From an uncultured bacterium (lineage in GTDB: Bacteria > Chloroflexota > Dormibacteria > Aeolococcales > Aeolococcaceae): 64,000 nucleotides of DNA. The position numbers were made by a program, and so were the translations under genes. The stretch is taken from assembly GCA_963716555.1 (NCBI GenBank), contig CAVQTJ010000004.1:46860-110859 (forward strand), in the 5' to 3' direction. Under the pieces are notes generated by a model. The model was given only the letters and a program-made list of their open reading frames with translations. It had not been told where the DNA came from and searched no databases. This document shows, piece by piece, positions 19,561 through 29,425 of this stretch; positions within the stretch are counted from its first letter, which is position 1, and the number at the start of each line of letters is the position of its first letter.

Positions 19561-21039
19561 CTACTCGCGCCCAACCACGGCGCAGCCGCAGCTCTGGCGA
19601 ATCACCAGCTCGACAGGGAGGACGATGTCGCGCTGGGTCACTCCAACGCCGGTGACCGCGGCGTGCAACAGATCGAAGGCGACCGCCCCCATCCTGCGGA
19701 GCGGCTGGCGCACCGTGGTCAGGGTGGGGTGGAGATGCCGAGCCACGGCGACGTCGTCGAATCCGGTGACCGCGACCTCGTCCGGCGCTCTGATGCCGTG
19801 CTGGGCGAGGGTGTGAAGAACGCCGATGGCGGTGAGGTCGTTGGCGCAGACGATCGCCCGGGGAAGTCTCTGGTCAGCCTCGAGCAGCCGGGTGATCACA
19901 CCCGCCCCGCCACGGGCGCTGTAGTCGCCGGTCCACGCCGGCCCGCCGATGGCCCAAGCTCCGGCCGCCCCGGCCTCGCGCTGAACGGCTTGGCCCCTGG
20001 CCAGGCTGTCCGGGCTATCAGCGTAGCCGGACAGGTAGGCGATGGACCGATAGCCGTGATCGACGGCCAAGTGGCGAACCAGCGCCCGCGCCCCCGCCGC
20101 GTTGTCGGTGCGCACGCTCATGGTCCGAGGCGAGGGCCGGCCAACCAGGGTCACCACCGGCACCTGGGCGGCGAGCTCGGCGAGGGCGGCCCCGGAGAGG
20201 AGCCGGTCGTGGAGGATGAGGCCGTCGGTCTTGCCCGCCAGAGCGGGGAGCCGGCTCGGGGCGTCGCCGATGCGAATCATGGAAACGAGCACATCGAAGC
20301 TGGTCCGGCGAGCCGAGGCCTCGATGCCGCGGGTCACCACCTCGTCGAAGATCGGGCTCTCCCCCTCATCCTCCTCATCCGGGTCGCCGGCGCTGCCGCC
20401 GATTCGAAAGACGACGCCCACCACCTCCTTCAACCCGCTGGAGAGCGCCCGGGCGGCGCCGTCGCGGACGTAGCTCAGATCACGCACCGCCAGGAGGACC
20501 CGCTCCCTCGTCTCCGCTCGCGGCTTGCCACTCCCGTTGAGCACTCGAGACACCGTGGCGGTGGAGAGCCGGGCATGGCGGGCAACGTCGTAGATGGTGA
20601 AGGCGGCGCTTGACCTCCTGAACTCGAAGAGCGGGGGCCTCGAGGGCGTCGCTGCTGGGCGGGAGGCCAGGCGAGCGCCAACGCTGGGCCTGGATCGGCT
20701 CCAGGGGAGGGCGCTGCCGGCGCGTGCTCCAGGGGCGGCGGTCGTGACCCTGGCCGTCTGCCGCCGATCGCGGATCGGGGGACGACCGGGCCGCGGAGCG
20801 TCCTGCTCGAGGCCGGCCACCCCGGACTGGGCGAAGCGTCGGCGCCACAGCAGGACGGTGGGGACCGAGCAGCGGAGCCTCTCGGCAATGGCCCGGTTGG
20901 CGAGCCCCTCCCCCGCGCAGAGCACGATCTGAGCCCTCAGGACCTGCCGACGTGGTAGGGCGCGACTGCGCGCCCAGGTGCTCAAGGCGGCACGGCTGGC
21001 TTCGTCGAGGGCGATAGCGGGAGCGGGGCGGTTGGCCAC
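19561..21039 (-). CDS. LacI-family regulator with an in-frame N-terminal IS630 transposase HTH remnant
   Basis: Residues 1 to about 95 parallel the 13632 transposase N-terminus (MANRPAPAIALDEASRAAL.. / MAHRPAPALPLDDDSRAAL..). The LacI HTH TIYDVARHARLSTATVSRVLNG and a sugar-binding-type domain follow. Confidence 0.75.
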   Translation of the reverse strand: MANRPAPAIALDEASRAALSTWARSRALPRRQVLRAQIVLCAGEGLANRAIAERLRCSVPTVLLWRRRFAQSGVAGLEQDAPRPGRPPIRDRRQTARVTTAAPGARAGSALPWSRSRPSVGARLASRPAATPSRPPLFEFRRSSAAFTIYDVARHARLSTATVSRVLNGSGKPRAETRERVLLAVRDLSYVRDGAARALSSGLKEVVGVVFRIGGSAGDPDEEDEGESPIFDEVVTRGIEASARRTSFDVLVSMIRIGDAPSRLPALAGKTDGLILHDRLLSGAALAELAAQVPVVTLVGRPSPRTMSVRTDNAAGARALVRHLAVDHGYRSIAYLSGYADSPDSLARGQAVQREAGAAGAWAIGGPAWTGDYSARGGAGVITRLLEADQRLPRAIVCANDLTAIGVLHTLAQHGIRAPDEVAVTGFDDVAVARHLHPTLTTVRQPLRRMGAVAFDLLHAAVTGVGVTQRDIVLPVELVIRQSCGCAVVGRE

Positions 21040-21095
21040 GCTGACATCATCATGGCGGCCGCCTCAAGCGTCAACTAATTTATCATCGGCAAAGG
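20754..21095 (-). mobile_element. IS630 left-end remnant (5' UTR plus first ~95 codons)
   Basis: Similarity to copy 1 extends upstream of the start codon (ATGATGATGtCAGcGTGGC vs ATGATGATGcAGGCATGGC) and includes an AAAT(T)AG..TTG end-like motif. No DDE part is present. Confidence 0.6.
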
Positions 21096-21138
21096 TCGGG
21101 TTCAGAGCCCGTCACTGAGGCCGAGCGGTCTTCCGCCC

Positions 21139-22098
21139 TCAACCGCTGCCGGCGCGCCGGGCGCGAGCCCGCCGCCGGCCCTCGTGCATCGCCTGGACCC
21201 GGCCCACGGGGATGGCGCGGCCCTCGTCGACCAGGCCGGCAGCCAGGACCTGGGGTTGGGGCAGCCGATCGGCCCACAGGTCGGTCTCGGCCACCAAGCG
21301 CGCGGCGGTGTGGATGGTGAAGTCGGTCGGCGTGACCCTATCGAGGTCAGACCACGCCACCGGAAAGGACACGGGTACCCCGGGACGCGCCCGTGGGCTG
21401 TACGCACACACCACCGTGGCCCAGCCTACGCGGGTCGCATCGATGAACACCCTGCCCCGGCGTTCCTCTTTCATGAACGCCGTGGTGCCGAGCGCGGGGT
21501 CGAGCCGCTCCGCGCGCGCCGCGATCGCCCGCGTCGCAGCGGCCACATCCTCAAAAGCCGAGTTCGCGACCGGGACGAAGACGTGCACGCCCTTGGCACC
21601 ACTGGTCTTGACGGCGCCGATGAGACCGGCATCAGACAACACCTGCCGGACCAGGAGAGCAGCCTGCACCGCCGCCGGGAAGCCGGCCGTCGATGGTGGG
21701 TCGAGGTCGAGAACGAGGTACATCGGTTTCGTCAGGTGGTCGGCGCGGACCAGCGCGGGATGGTACTCCAGCGCGCGCTGATTGGCGAACCAGAGCAGGG
21801 TTCGCCGGTCGTCGCAGAGCACGTAGGACACCTCGCGCTTCGACGTCTCTGCCCATAGCTTCACCGTACGCACCCACGACGGGGTGTACGAGGGGGCGTT
21901 CTTCTGCATGAAGGGCGCCTCGCCGCGGAGAACACGGACCACCGAGAGCGGCCGGTCGCGGAGCTCGGTGATCATCCGATCGCTCACTGCGGAGAGGTAA
22001 TCCACCAGGTCCCGCTTGGTCGCCCCCGCCTCTGCGAACAGTGGCTCATCGAGGTGGGTAAATGTGACCTCGGCTGTCTCATGGTCCTGCTTCATCAA
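21139..22098 (-). CDS. LigD polymerase/primase (NHEJ PrimPol) domain protein, stand-alone
   Basis: 319 aa. LYLVLDLDP, KTSGAKGVHVFVP and FIDATRV match LigD-Pol motifs. No ligase or nuclease module is attached. Confidence 0.8.
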   Translation of the reverse strand: MMKQDHETAEVTFTHLDEPLFAEAGATKRDLVDYLSAVSDRMITELRDRPLSVVRVLRGEAPFMQKNAPSYTPSWVRTVKLWAETSKREVSYVLCDDRRTLLWFANQRALEYHPALVRADHLTKPMYLVLDLDPPSTAGFPAAVQAALLVRQVLSDAGLIGAVKTSGAKGVHVFVPVANSAFEDVAAATRAIAARAERLDPALGTTAFMKEERRGRVFIDATRVGWATVVCAYSPRARPGVPVSFPVAWSDLDRVTPTDFTIHTAARLVAETDLWADRLPQPQVLAAGLVDEGRAIPVGRVQAMHEGRRRARARRAGSG

Positions 22099-22438
22099 AA
22101 GGAAGTCTGGCAGACCGCGCGCGCCGGCCGGGCCGGGTGGTCAGAGCCCAAACGCCGTGGAACCCGGGCGGTGAGCCGTCGGCTTGCCGAAGCGATCCGG
22201 GACCGATTCGGTACGCTCGACGTACTGTTTCTCAACAGCGGGATCGCTCGTCGGGAACCGATTGAGGCTGCCCCGTGACAACCTCGAACGCTCAGGCGGG
22301 GTGCGCGGCGGCGGCGGACCCGCGCGCGGGCCGAGGCGATGGGCGCAGTGCTCACGGGACCTTCAAGCCGTTCGTGACTCTCGGCGGCACCTTGATGAAG
22401 CGGTTGTCAGAGGTGGATCCGAAAAGGAGAATCCTGTG

Positions 22439-22813
22439 ATGTTCGAGGGTTTTGAAGTATTCAGGGTGGAGGTGGGTGGGAGCCGGCTCAGGGTCCGCTC
22501 CGGTGGCACGGGCGATCCCGTCCTTCTCTTGCACGGCCATCCGCAGACCCATGTCATGTGGCATCTGGTCGCCCCCGCCCTTGCCCGCACCCACACTTTG
22601 ATCCTCCCCGACCTTCCCGGGTACGGTGAGAGCGCGCTGCCGCCACCGCCGGCAGATGGATTGCCGCCGGCCTCGAAACGGGGAATGGCGGCACAGCTCG
22701 TCCAGCTCATTGCGCAGCTGGGCCACCGGCGATTCTCCGTGGTTGGTCACAACCGCGGGGGCAGGTTCGCCTACCGGATGGCACTGGACCATGAGGGCGT
22801 AGTCGGCGGGTGA
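22439..22813 (+). pseudogene. Alpha/beta-hydrolase (fluoroacetate-dehalogenase-like) N-terminal fragment
   Basis: MFEGFE..LLLHGHPQTHVMW..VVGHNRGGRFAYRMALDH stops after about 125 of an expected ~300 residues. SD AAAGGAGA is 8 nt upstream. GHNRGG stands in place of GHDRGG. Confidence 0.6.
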
Positions 22814-22863
22814 ACGCAGACGGTGACCCTGCGCCACCGCGACGGAACCCTCCATGCCGGTGC

Positions 22864-23487
22864 CTACCCGGAGAGCAGGCTCGCGATCACGTTGATCAAG
22901 GTGGCCAGGACGACCACACCGAAGAGATAGGACAGGAGCGCGTGGCGGATGACCAGCTTGCGGATGGCGCGGGAGTTGATGTCGGTGTCGGAGACCTGAA
23001 AGGTCATGCCCAGGGTGAGGGCAAGGTATGCGAAGTCCCCGTAGTCGGGCGGCTCGTGGGAGTGCCAGTTGATCCCACCGCCCTCTCGGTGGTAGACCCG
23101 GGCGTAGTGCAGGGTGAACACGGTGTGGATTGATGCCCAAGAGAGCACCACGCTCAAGAAGGCGAGCCCGATGGTGAGGATGTGGGCCGGTCCCCGCTCA
23201 TTGGCCGCCCTGAGCAGGGCAAGGCCCACGCCGACCAGGCTGGCGAGACAGGAGCAGACCAGGATGAGCTCAGCCGCAAAACGGGAGTCGTCCTCACGGG
23301 TGGCCATCGCCCTGGTCTTCGCCGGGTCCTTGCCGCGCGTGGTCAGGTACACCGAGGCGATGAAGGCGGCGGCGCTGGCATCCCAGCCGACCAGCTCCGC
23401 CACCTGCCAGGGGGTGAGGATGATGGCGGGGATGGAGGCGGCAAGTCCAACGGCCAGACAGAGGCCGAGCCTGGTGCGTGCGGTCAC
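22864..23487 (-). CDS. DUF1345 membrane protein
   Basis: 207 aa with multiple TM helices. WASIHTVFTLHYARVYH is characteristic of DUF1345. Confidence 0.7.
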   Translation of the reverse strand: MTARTRLGLCLAVGLAASIPAIILTPWQVAELVGWDASAAAFIASVYLTTRGKDPAKTRAMATREDDSRFAAELILVCSCLASLVGVGLALLRAANERGPAHILTIGLAFLSVVLSWASIHTVFTLHYARVYHREGGGINWHSHEPPDYGDFAYLALTLGMTFQVSDTDINSRAIRKLVIRHALLSYLFGVVVLATLINVIASLLSG

Positions 23488-23973
23488 CGGGCCGCTCGTC
23501 CCACCGGTGGCGCGGATCGGGAGCTCAGATGCAACCGGAGGTCGCTCCGCAGTTGTGGCACTTGTAGCGTGGGATCTTCCCCTCGTCGGGGTCGGGCACC
23601 GTGGGCTCCCCGGTGGCAGCCCCTCCGGCTGGGTTGAGTTTGATCTCTCGAATGCGGTCCAGACGCCATCTCCGGTCCTCCCGGTGGAGAGCGGCGCCGT
23701 TCAGCGGTCGTCGCCCATGGCCTTACTGTATTCCGCGCCCCGAGTCGCCGAGGTCGTCGGAGCGTCCGGCCTCTGGGCGGGACCATGAGAGGTCGGGTGG
23801 GCGCCCACGACGAGCGCCGGCCCGATGACGGTGGTCGATCCGTTGGCGGCTAGACGCCGACCCCGGCCAGCTGGGCCAGTCCCAGCCGCTTGAACCCCTC
23901 GACCTGCCCCTTGATCCCTCGCTCGGTGGGCAGGCGCTCGATGCTGGAGGCTCCGAAGAAGCCGGCAACACCG

Positions 23974-24617
23974 GGGAAGACACACGAGATCTTCAACGAC
24001 GTTGCAATCATGCGGTCTCTCACCAACGTGAGAATCCTTGCACCGGCTGACGAGGTGGAGGCCGCTCAGGCCATTCGGGCGATGATGGCCGCTGACGGGC
24101 CGTTCTACCTGCAGGTGACCCGTGAAGCGTCCCCGTGCTCTTCGACTCCGACCATCGATTCCAGATCGGCCGGGGAGTGAGGTTGTGCGAGGGTGGAGAT
24201 GTCAGCCTGGTGAGCACCGGCCCTCAGACGACCAGGGTGTTTGAAGCGTCCGAGATTCTTTCCCGGCGCGGCATCCAGGCGACGGTGCTCCACCTTCCGA
24301 CCATCAAGCCTATCGACGAGCTCGCATTGGTCGAGGCGGCCCGCGCAACCGGTCTGGTGATTGTGGTCGAGGAGCAGAACGTGCTCGGAGGTCTGGGAGG
24401 GGCGGTGGCGGAGGTGCTCTCGAAGCGCCACCCGGTTTCGGTCATACGGCTCGGCATCCGCGATGCCTACGGGGAGAGTGGGCCCAACCCCGCACTCCTC
24501 GACAAGCACCGCCTCTCGGCGAGCAAGATTGCTGAAGACGTCCACGCGCTGGTCACCCGGCGGACACCGCGAACGCCCTGGATCACCCGTCTCTCAGGAC
24601 TTGACAAGGTTGGATAG
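23974..24617 (+). pseudogene. Transketolase C-terminal-subunit fragment, 5'-truncated and frame-shifted near 24125-24134
   Basis: THEIFNDVAIMRSLTNVRILAPADEVEA..GPFYLQVTRE (ORF 23890..24180), then VLFDSDHRFQIGRG..VLHLPTIKPID..EEQNVLGGLG (ORF 24135..24617). The thiamine-PP-binding N-terminal part is absent. Confidence 0.65.
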
Positions 24618-24620
24618 ATC

Positions 24621-26105
24621 ATGAAACGCATTGTCCACTACATCGGGGGCGCTCTCATCGCCGGCACGTCGGGACGGAGCGGCGCGGTTTTCAACCCTGC
24701 CACCGGAGAGCAGACCGCCACGGTGGACTTCGCCAGCGCCGCTGAGGTCGATGCGGCGGTGGAGAGCGCCTCCGGAGCGGCGCCGGCGTGGCGCTCGGCG
24801 TCTCTCTCCCAGCGGGCGGAGATCGTGTTCAGGTTTCGCGAGCTCCTCCACCGCCGTCGCGACGAGGTCGCCCATCTGGTCACCGCAGAGCACGGCAAGG
24901 TGCTCTCGGACGCCGCCGGTGAGGTCGCGCGAGGCCTCGAGAATGTGGAGTTCGCCTGCGGCATTCCGCACCTCCTCAAGGGCGCCTTTTCGGAGCAGGC
25001 CTCACACGGTGTGGACGTCTACTCGATCCGTCAGCCCCTCGGGGTGGTGGCCGGGATCACCCCCTTCAACTTCCCCGCGATGGTACCGATGTGGATGTGC
25101 GCCAACGCCATCGCATGTGGCAACTGCTTTGTGCTCAAGCCCAGCGAGAAGGACCCGTCCCCATCGCTGCTGTTCGCCGAGATGTGGCATGAGGCGGGTC
25201 TCCCCGATGGGGTGTTCACGGTGATCCAGGGCGATCGAGAGGCGGTCGAGCGCATCCTCGAGCATCCAGACATCGCCGCGATCTCCTTTGTGGGCTCCAC
25301 CCCGGTGGCCCGACACATCTACGAGACGGGAACCAGCCATGGCAAACGAGTCCAAGCCCTGGCCGGGGCCAAGAACCACATGGTGGTGCTGCCGGACGCC
25401 GACCTGGATGTCGCGGCGGACGCCGCCGTCTCAGCCGCCTACGGCTCCGCCGGAGAACGCTGCATGGCCGTTTCGGTGGTCGTCGCAGTGGGCGGCATTG
25501 CTGACCGGTTGGTCGATGCCATCGCCGAGCGCATGGCGAAGGTGAAGGTCGGCCCCGGGGATGACCCGGAGTCCGAGATGGGACCCCTGGTCACAGCCCT
25601 GCATCGTGACCGGGTAGCCTCCTACCTCGACGCGGCGGCGCTCGGTGGCGCGAGGGTCGTCGTCGACGGGCGTCGCGAGGCTCGGAACGGCGGGTTCTTC
25701 ATCAACCCGTCGCTGGTCGACGGGGTGCGACCCGGATCACCGGTGTATGACGATGAGATCTTCGGTCCGGTGCTCTCGGTGACCCGCGTCGATAGCTATG
25801 ACGAGGCTGTGAGACTGGTCAACTCCAATCCCTGGGCGAACGGCGTGGCCATCTTCACCCGGGATGGCGGAGCCGCCCGGCGCTTCCAGTTCGAGATCCA
25901 GGTGGGCATGGTGGGCATCAACGTGCCGATCCCGGTGCCGGTCTCCTATTACAGCTTCGGTGGCTGGAAGGCGTCGCTGTTCGGGGACCTCCACGTCTAC
26001 GGTCCGGAGGGGGTCAGCTTCTACACCCGAACCAAGGTGGTGACCTCGCGATGGCCGGATCCGAGCACCAGCCGAGTGGACCTCGGCTTCCCACAGACCA
26101 GGTGA
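24621..26105 (+). CDS. mmsA: Methylmalonate-semialdehyde dehydrogenase (CoA-acylating)
   Basis: 494 aa. ITPFNFPAMVPMWM, FVLKPSEKDP, AGERCMA and FGGWKASLFGD are present. Confidence 0.9.
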   Translation: MKRIVHYIGGALIAGTSGRSGAVFNPATGEQTATVDFASAAEVDAAVESASGAAPAWRSASLSQRAEIVFRFRELLHRRRDEVAHLVTAEHGKVLSDAAGEVARGLENVEFACGIPHLLKGAFSEQASHGVDVYSIRQPLGVVAGITPFNFPAMVPMWMCANAIACGNCFVLKPSEKDPSPSLLFAEMWHEAGLPDGVFTVIQGDREAVERILEHPDIAAISFVGSTPVARHIYETGTSHGKRVQALAGAKNHMVVLPDADLDVAADAAVSAAYGSAGERCMAVSVVVAVGGIADRLVDAIAERMAKVKVGPGDDPESEMGPLVTALHRDRVASYLDAAALGGARVVVDGRREARNGGFFINPSLVDGVRPGSPVYDDEIFGPVLSVTRVDSYDEAVRLVNSNPWANGVAIFTRDGGAARRFQFEIQVGMVGINVPIPVPVSYYSFGGWKASLFGDLHVYGPEGVSFYTRTKVVTSRWPDPSTSRVDLGFPQTR

Positions 26106-26582
26106 TCTGCGGATGAAGAAGCCCACCATCGTCTGTGCTGGGATTACCAGCACAACGAAGGCATCACCATCGTCGTGCCCACCCTCGAGGACGTGGAGAT
26201 CGTCTCCCGGTGCATCGTGGAGAGGCTCAACCGGACCACAGGACCCACCATGTTCATCCTGCCGATGCGTGGCTGGTCCACTTATGACCAGAGTGAGGCG
26301 CTGGCCACCCGGGAAAGGGGTTGGGCGAGGGGCAACGGCGACGGCCCGGTTTGGGAGCCTGATCCGGCTCATCCGGAATGGTCTCGGCGCGCCGGTGTGA
26401 TGCTGGGGATTCTGCGCGATGGTTTCGACCCATCCAACCAGAATCTCGATCTGCTCGCCACCGACCATCACATCCTCGATCCGGAGTTTGGCGACCTGGT
26501 CAACAGGGTGATGGACGAGATGCTCGACCACAAATGGGCCAAGGGGGTCCATCGCGACTTCTCCATCCACGCCCTGGTCTGA
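26106..26582 (+). pseudogene. UPF0261 (Tm-1-like) C-terminal fragment
   Basis: The frame opens right at the mmsA stop and reads WDYQHNEGITIVVPTLEDVE..MFILPMRGWSTYD..DHHILDPEFGDLV. About 270 N-terminal residues of the family are missing. Confidence 0.55.
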
Positions 26583-26605
26583 GACGCCGATCGCCTCGGA
26601 CCAGC

Positions 26606-28097
26606 CTATGCTTCGGCTTCTGTGAGCTGGATGGAGGCACGCTCGCGGGGGATGCTCCTCCGCGACAGCGCCCAGTAGAGGCCGGCGCCGACCACCAGTG
26701 CGATCAGCCAGCTCAGGTCCGCCCCGTGGGTGGCGGTGGAGAGCGGCGATTCATATGCAGGGAAGTAGTACTGAGCATCGATCCACAGCATGGCGGCGAC
26801 CATGCCCTACGGCCAGCGCCAGCAGTGCTCTCCAATTGAACCCGCCGTTTCGCCAGTAGACTCCCCCACCCCTGGCGGCAAGCGACAGCCGATCGTAGTG
26901 ACCCCGCCGCAGCAGCCAGTCCACCGCCATGATGCCGAACCAGGGCGCCAGCCAGACCACGATGTAGTCGAGGAACCCGGAGAGATCGGTGTAGAAGTTT
27001 CCCTTGTAGATGACCAGCGCGGTGATGCCACCGCTGACCACCGTGTCGATGAGAATGCAACCCCACCGTTTGAGGGGAATGCCGATGGCCTGCAGCGTGA
27101 CGCTGGAAGAGTACATGTCGATGGTGTTGATCGCGAACAGTTGGAGCAGGGCCACCACCATGAAGGGCCAGAAAAACCAGGCGGCGAACGCCGAGGGAAT
27201 GCCGGTGACCGCGGTGACACTGGGGCTGACCAGGTACGCGGCAGCTCCGAGAAGCTCGAGCAGAATGGAGGGGATCGCCGCACCCAGGGTCGCGGCCCAG
27301 AAGGTCCTCCCCTGGCCGGTCGTGCGGGGCAGGTACCGGGAGTAGTCCGCAGCGTTCTCCGTCCAACCCAGGCCGCCCGCCGAGACGATGAGAACCACCG
27401 CTGTGGTCCAGAGCCACCAGGACGTGCCCTGGGCGCCGCTGCTCAGTCGAACGTGGGGCAGGACCAGCACCGCCATGATCGCGAAGAGCACGATGAACAG
27501 CAGGGAGAGCCAGCGCAGCACCGTTTTGATGGTGGCGTGTCCGAGCAAGGGGACCACGAGCTGGACCGCCACGGCGGCGACGATCACCCCGGCCTTGGCG
27601 GCGGGACCGAGGTTGGAACCCTCTCGGGCGAACATCGCCACCACCACCAGGACCACGACGACGATCCCCTCGATCTCGAATCCGACCTGGGTGATCCAGT
27701 TGAAGAGCGCGGGCAGGCGGTTGCCGTTGCGGCCGAAGGGGGCTCGGCTGACCATGAAGGCGGTGGTGCCCGTCTCGGACCCCCAGAGGCTGGCGAATCC
27801 CAGGAACAGGTAGGCCAGGTTGCCGATCAGGATGGCCAGGACCGCCTGTGCGAAGGACAGGCCGAAGGAGACGATCAGAGCTCCGTAGACCAGGAACTCG
27901 ACGTTCCACACCGCTCCGGCCCACAACCAGAAGAGTCCCGAGGGGCGCATCGACCGTTCCGATTCGGGGATGAGCTCGATGCCGCGACGCTCCAGCCGAA
28001 AGGCGGCGTACTCCTCAGGGGCCTCCGCCGCCTCAGGCGGCGTGAGCCAGCGGGATGGACGGGCGGCGGCCGCAGTGGGCGAAGGTCGGTTGGTCAC
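26606..28097 (-). CDS. NCS1-family nucleobase/hydantoin-type permease, frame disrupted near 26803-26809
   Basis: IELIPESERSMRPSGLFWLWAGA..TTAFMVSRAPFGRNGN is NCS1-like. The start was set to the GTG at 28097 (GGAGG 7 nt upstream). The last TM segment continues in ORF 26606..26803 after a 1-nt shift. Confidence 0.8.
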
Positions 28098-28374
28098 GCT
28101 TGAGCCTCCCCTCAGCGCTGGTGCGGCAGTGGCGGGCTGAAACGAGCAGTCTAGGTGGTGACCTTCTCCTTTCGCCCGGCCCGCCGCCCGGTGGAACCAT
28201 TCAGGTGAATGAGCCGGCCGCCCAGACCTCACCAGCGCGGGTCGCCCGAGTTCCTCTCCCGCCGCACCCGACGACCGTCACCCCCACCCGCCCGGCGTTG
28301 CCTCATGGCCACGAGGCGCCCAATGGCGGCGGGCCCTCCTGAGGAGGCCGGTGTCGCGCATTCCTGGAGCCTCG

Positions 28375-28755
28375 ATGATGAAGACGGATGACTACTTCAC
28401 CATGCGTGCGGCGGCCGCACCGACCAAGCCCGGCCGATACGTCGATGTCGAAGCCATGGACCCCGTCGAGGTCCTGCCCGGCCTGGGCGTGCGGCCGGTG
28501 GTCCGCCGGCGCGCGATGGTCAACTTCGTCTCGTTCGCGCCGCACACCGAGGCTCCGACCCATGTCCACGAAGGGGAGCAGATCGCTATCGTGGTGGAGG
28601 GTGACCTGGAGATGGTATCGATGGCGATGTCCGGACCCTGCACGGTGGGCAGCTGGCCGTCATCCCCGCCTGGGTGCCGCATCTTCAGTCCGCCGCGGCA
28701 CGCGCTCCTGGAAAGGCTGCGCCGCCTGACCGGGCCCAGCGAGAGCGACGGCTGA
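28375..28755 (+). pseudogene. Cupin-domain protein with internal frame disruption(s)
   Basis: HVHEGEQIAIVVEGDLEM in one frame, IDGDVRTLHGGQLAVIPAWVPH in the next from about 28615. The IFSPPR tail is back in the first frame. Confidence 0.5.
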
Positions 28756-28792
28756 GCCTTCACGCCGCTGGAGCCTGTATCAGGACACGGAG

Positions 28793-29125
28793 GTGGAGCA
28801 CCGGTTCGTGGAGACGTTCGTCGTCGCCTCGTGGGAGGAGCACCTGCGTCAGCACCGCGAGCGCTACACCGCCACCGACCAAGACATCGAGGAGCGAGCC
28901 AGCGCCCTCTCGGAACCGGCGCCTCAGACCTCCCTGCCTCATGACCGCCGTCCCGCCCGGATCGCCGGGCGGTCAGGCCTTGATGGCGAGCGCGCGGGCG
29001 ATCGACTCCTCCCAGTGGCGCAGCACGCGGCCGTAGTTGGCCGCGAGGTCCCGGAGCCCGGGGTTGGCCTGGGGCACGAGCGCGGTGAAATCGTGACTGA
29101 CCGTGACCGAAGAGCCCGAAGATGA
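28793..29125 (+). pseudogene. C-terminal stub of an MFS-type (transmembrane secretion effector-like) gene
   Basis: RRWSLYQDTEVEHRFVETFVVASWEEHLRQHRERYTATDQDIEERA starts about 28763. It resembles the soluble tail of that MFS family. No TM part is present, and the 3' part of the ORF overlaps the next gene. Confidence 0.4.
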
Positions 29126-29425
29126 CCGCTCCAGGACCACGCCGATCAGACCGGCGCGGTCGCCAGGGGAAGTCACGCTGTACGCGATGGCCGAGTCACC
29201 CTCACGCCGGATGACAGTCCAGAGCCTCAGGTGCTGACCGTGCGAGGTTGTGAAGACGGTCCCCGGCTCGGCGTCGTGGGCGCAGGGGCTGGGGAACTCC
29301 GGGTCCCAGTCCTCAGCCCACACCCGCTCACCCCGCGGCGTGAAGAGGGCGAAGGCCCGGTCCGGAGCCAGGGCCACCTGAATGGTCCCGTGGAGCCGCA
29401 CCCGTTCACACCGGGTCATTGGCAT
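28973..29425 (-). CDS. SRPBCC (START/polyketide-cyclase-like) superfamily protein
   Basis: 150 aa. The pattern and size are typical of SRPBCC ligand-binding proteins (weak motif-level call). Confidence 0.5.
   Translation of the reverse strand: MPMTRCERVRLHGTIQVALAPDRAFALFTPRGERVWAEDWDPEFPSPCAHDAEPGTVFTTSHGQHLRLWTVIRREGDSAIAYSVTSPGDRAGLIGVVLERSSSGSSVTVSHDFTALVPQANPGLRDLAANYGRVLRHWEESIARALAIKA

Noticed and set aside
21095-21120. GGGTTCAGAGCCCGTCAC, and CCCTCCCGTCGG at about 10243, as degenerate copies of the tRNA-Thr 3' end (a possible attR).
   Set aside because: Only 7-9 nt matches, which is within chance expectation. The island's right boundary is left open.
23520-23700. Short minus-strand frame ending ..DEGKIPRYKCHNCGATSGCI*, a possible zinc-ribbon micro-protein.
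   Set aside because: The open frame has no ATG, GTG or TTG start. It has only one CxxC pair and no RBS.
23854-23994. Minus-strand stub ..CVFPGVAGFFGASSIERLPTERGIKGQVEGFKRLGLAQLAGVGV*, which looks like the tail of a gene.
   Set aside because: It is under 60 codons, has no recognisable family, and partly mirrors the transketolase fragment. It is possibly another scar, but this cannot be supported.
28098-28260. Possible TPP riboswitch in the leader of the NCS1 permease. On the minus strand it reads ..CACCTGAATGGTTCCACC..GGGCGAAAGGAGAAGG.
   Set aside because: There is only partial resemblance to the ACCUGAU...GCG.AGGGA half. There is no CUGAGA box or convincing P2/P3 pairing. Rfam cmscan is needed before any claim.
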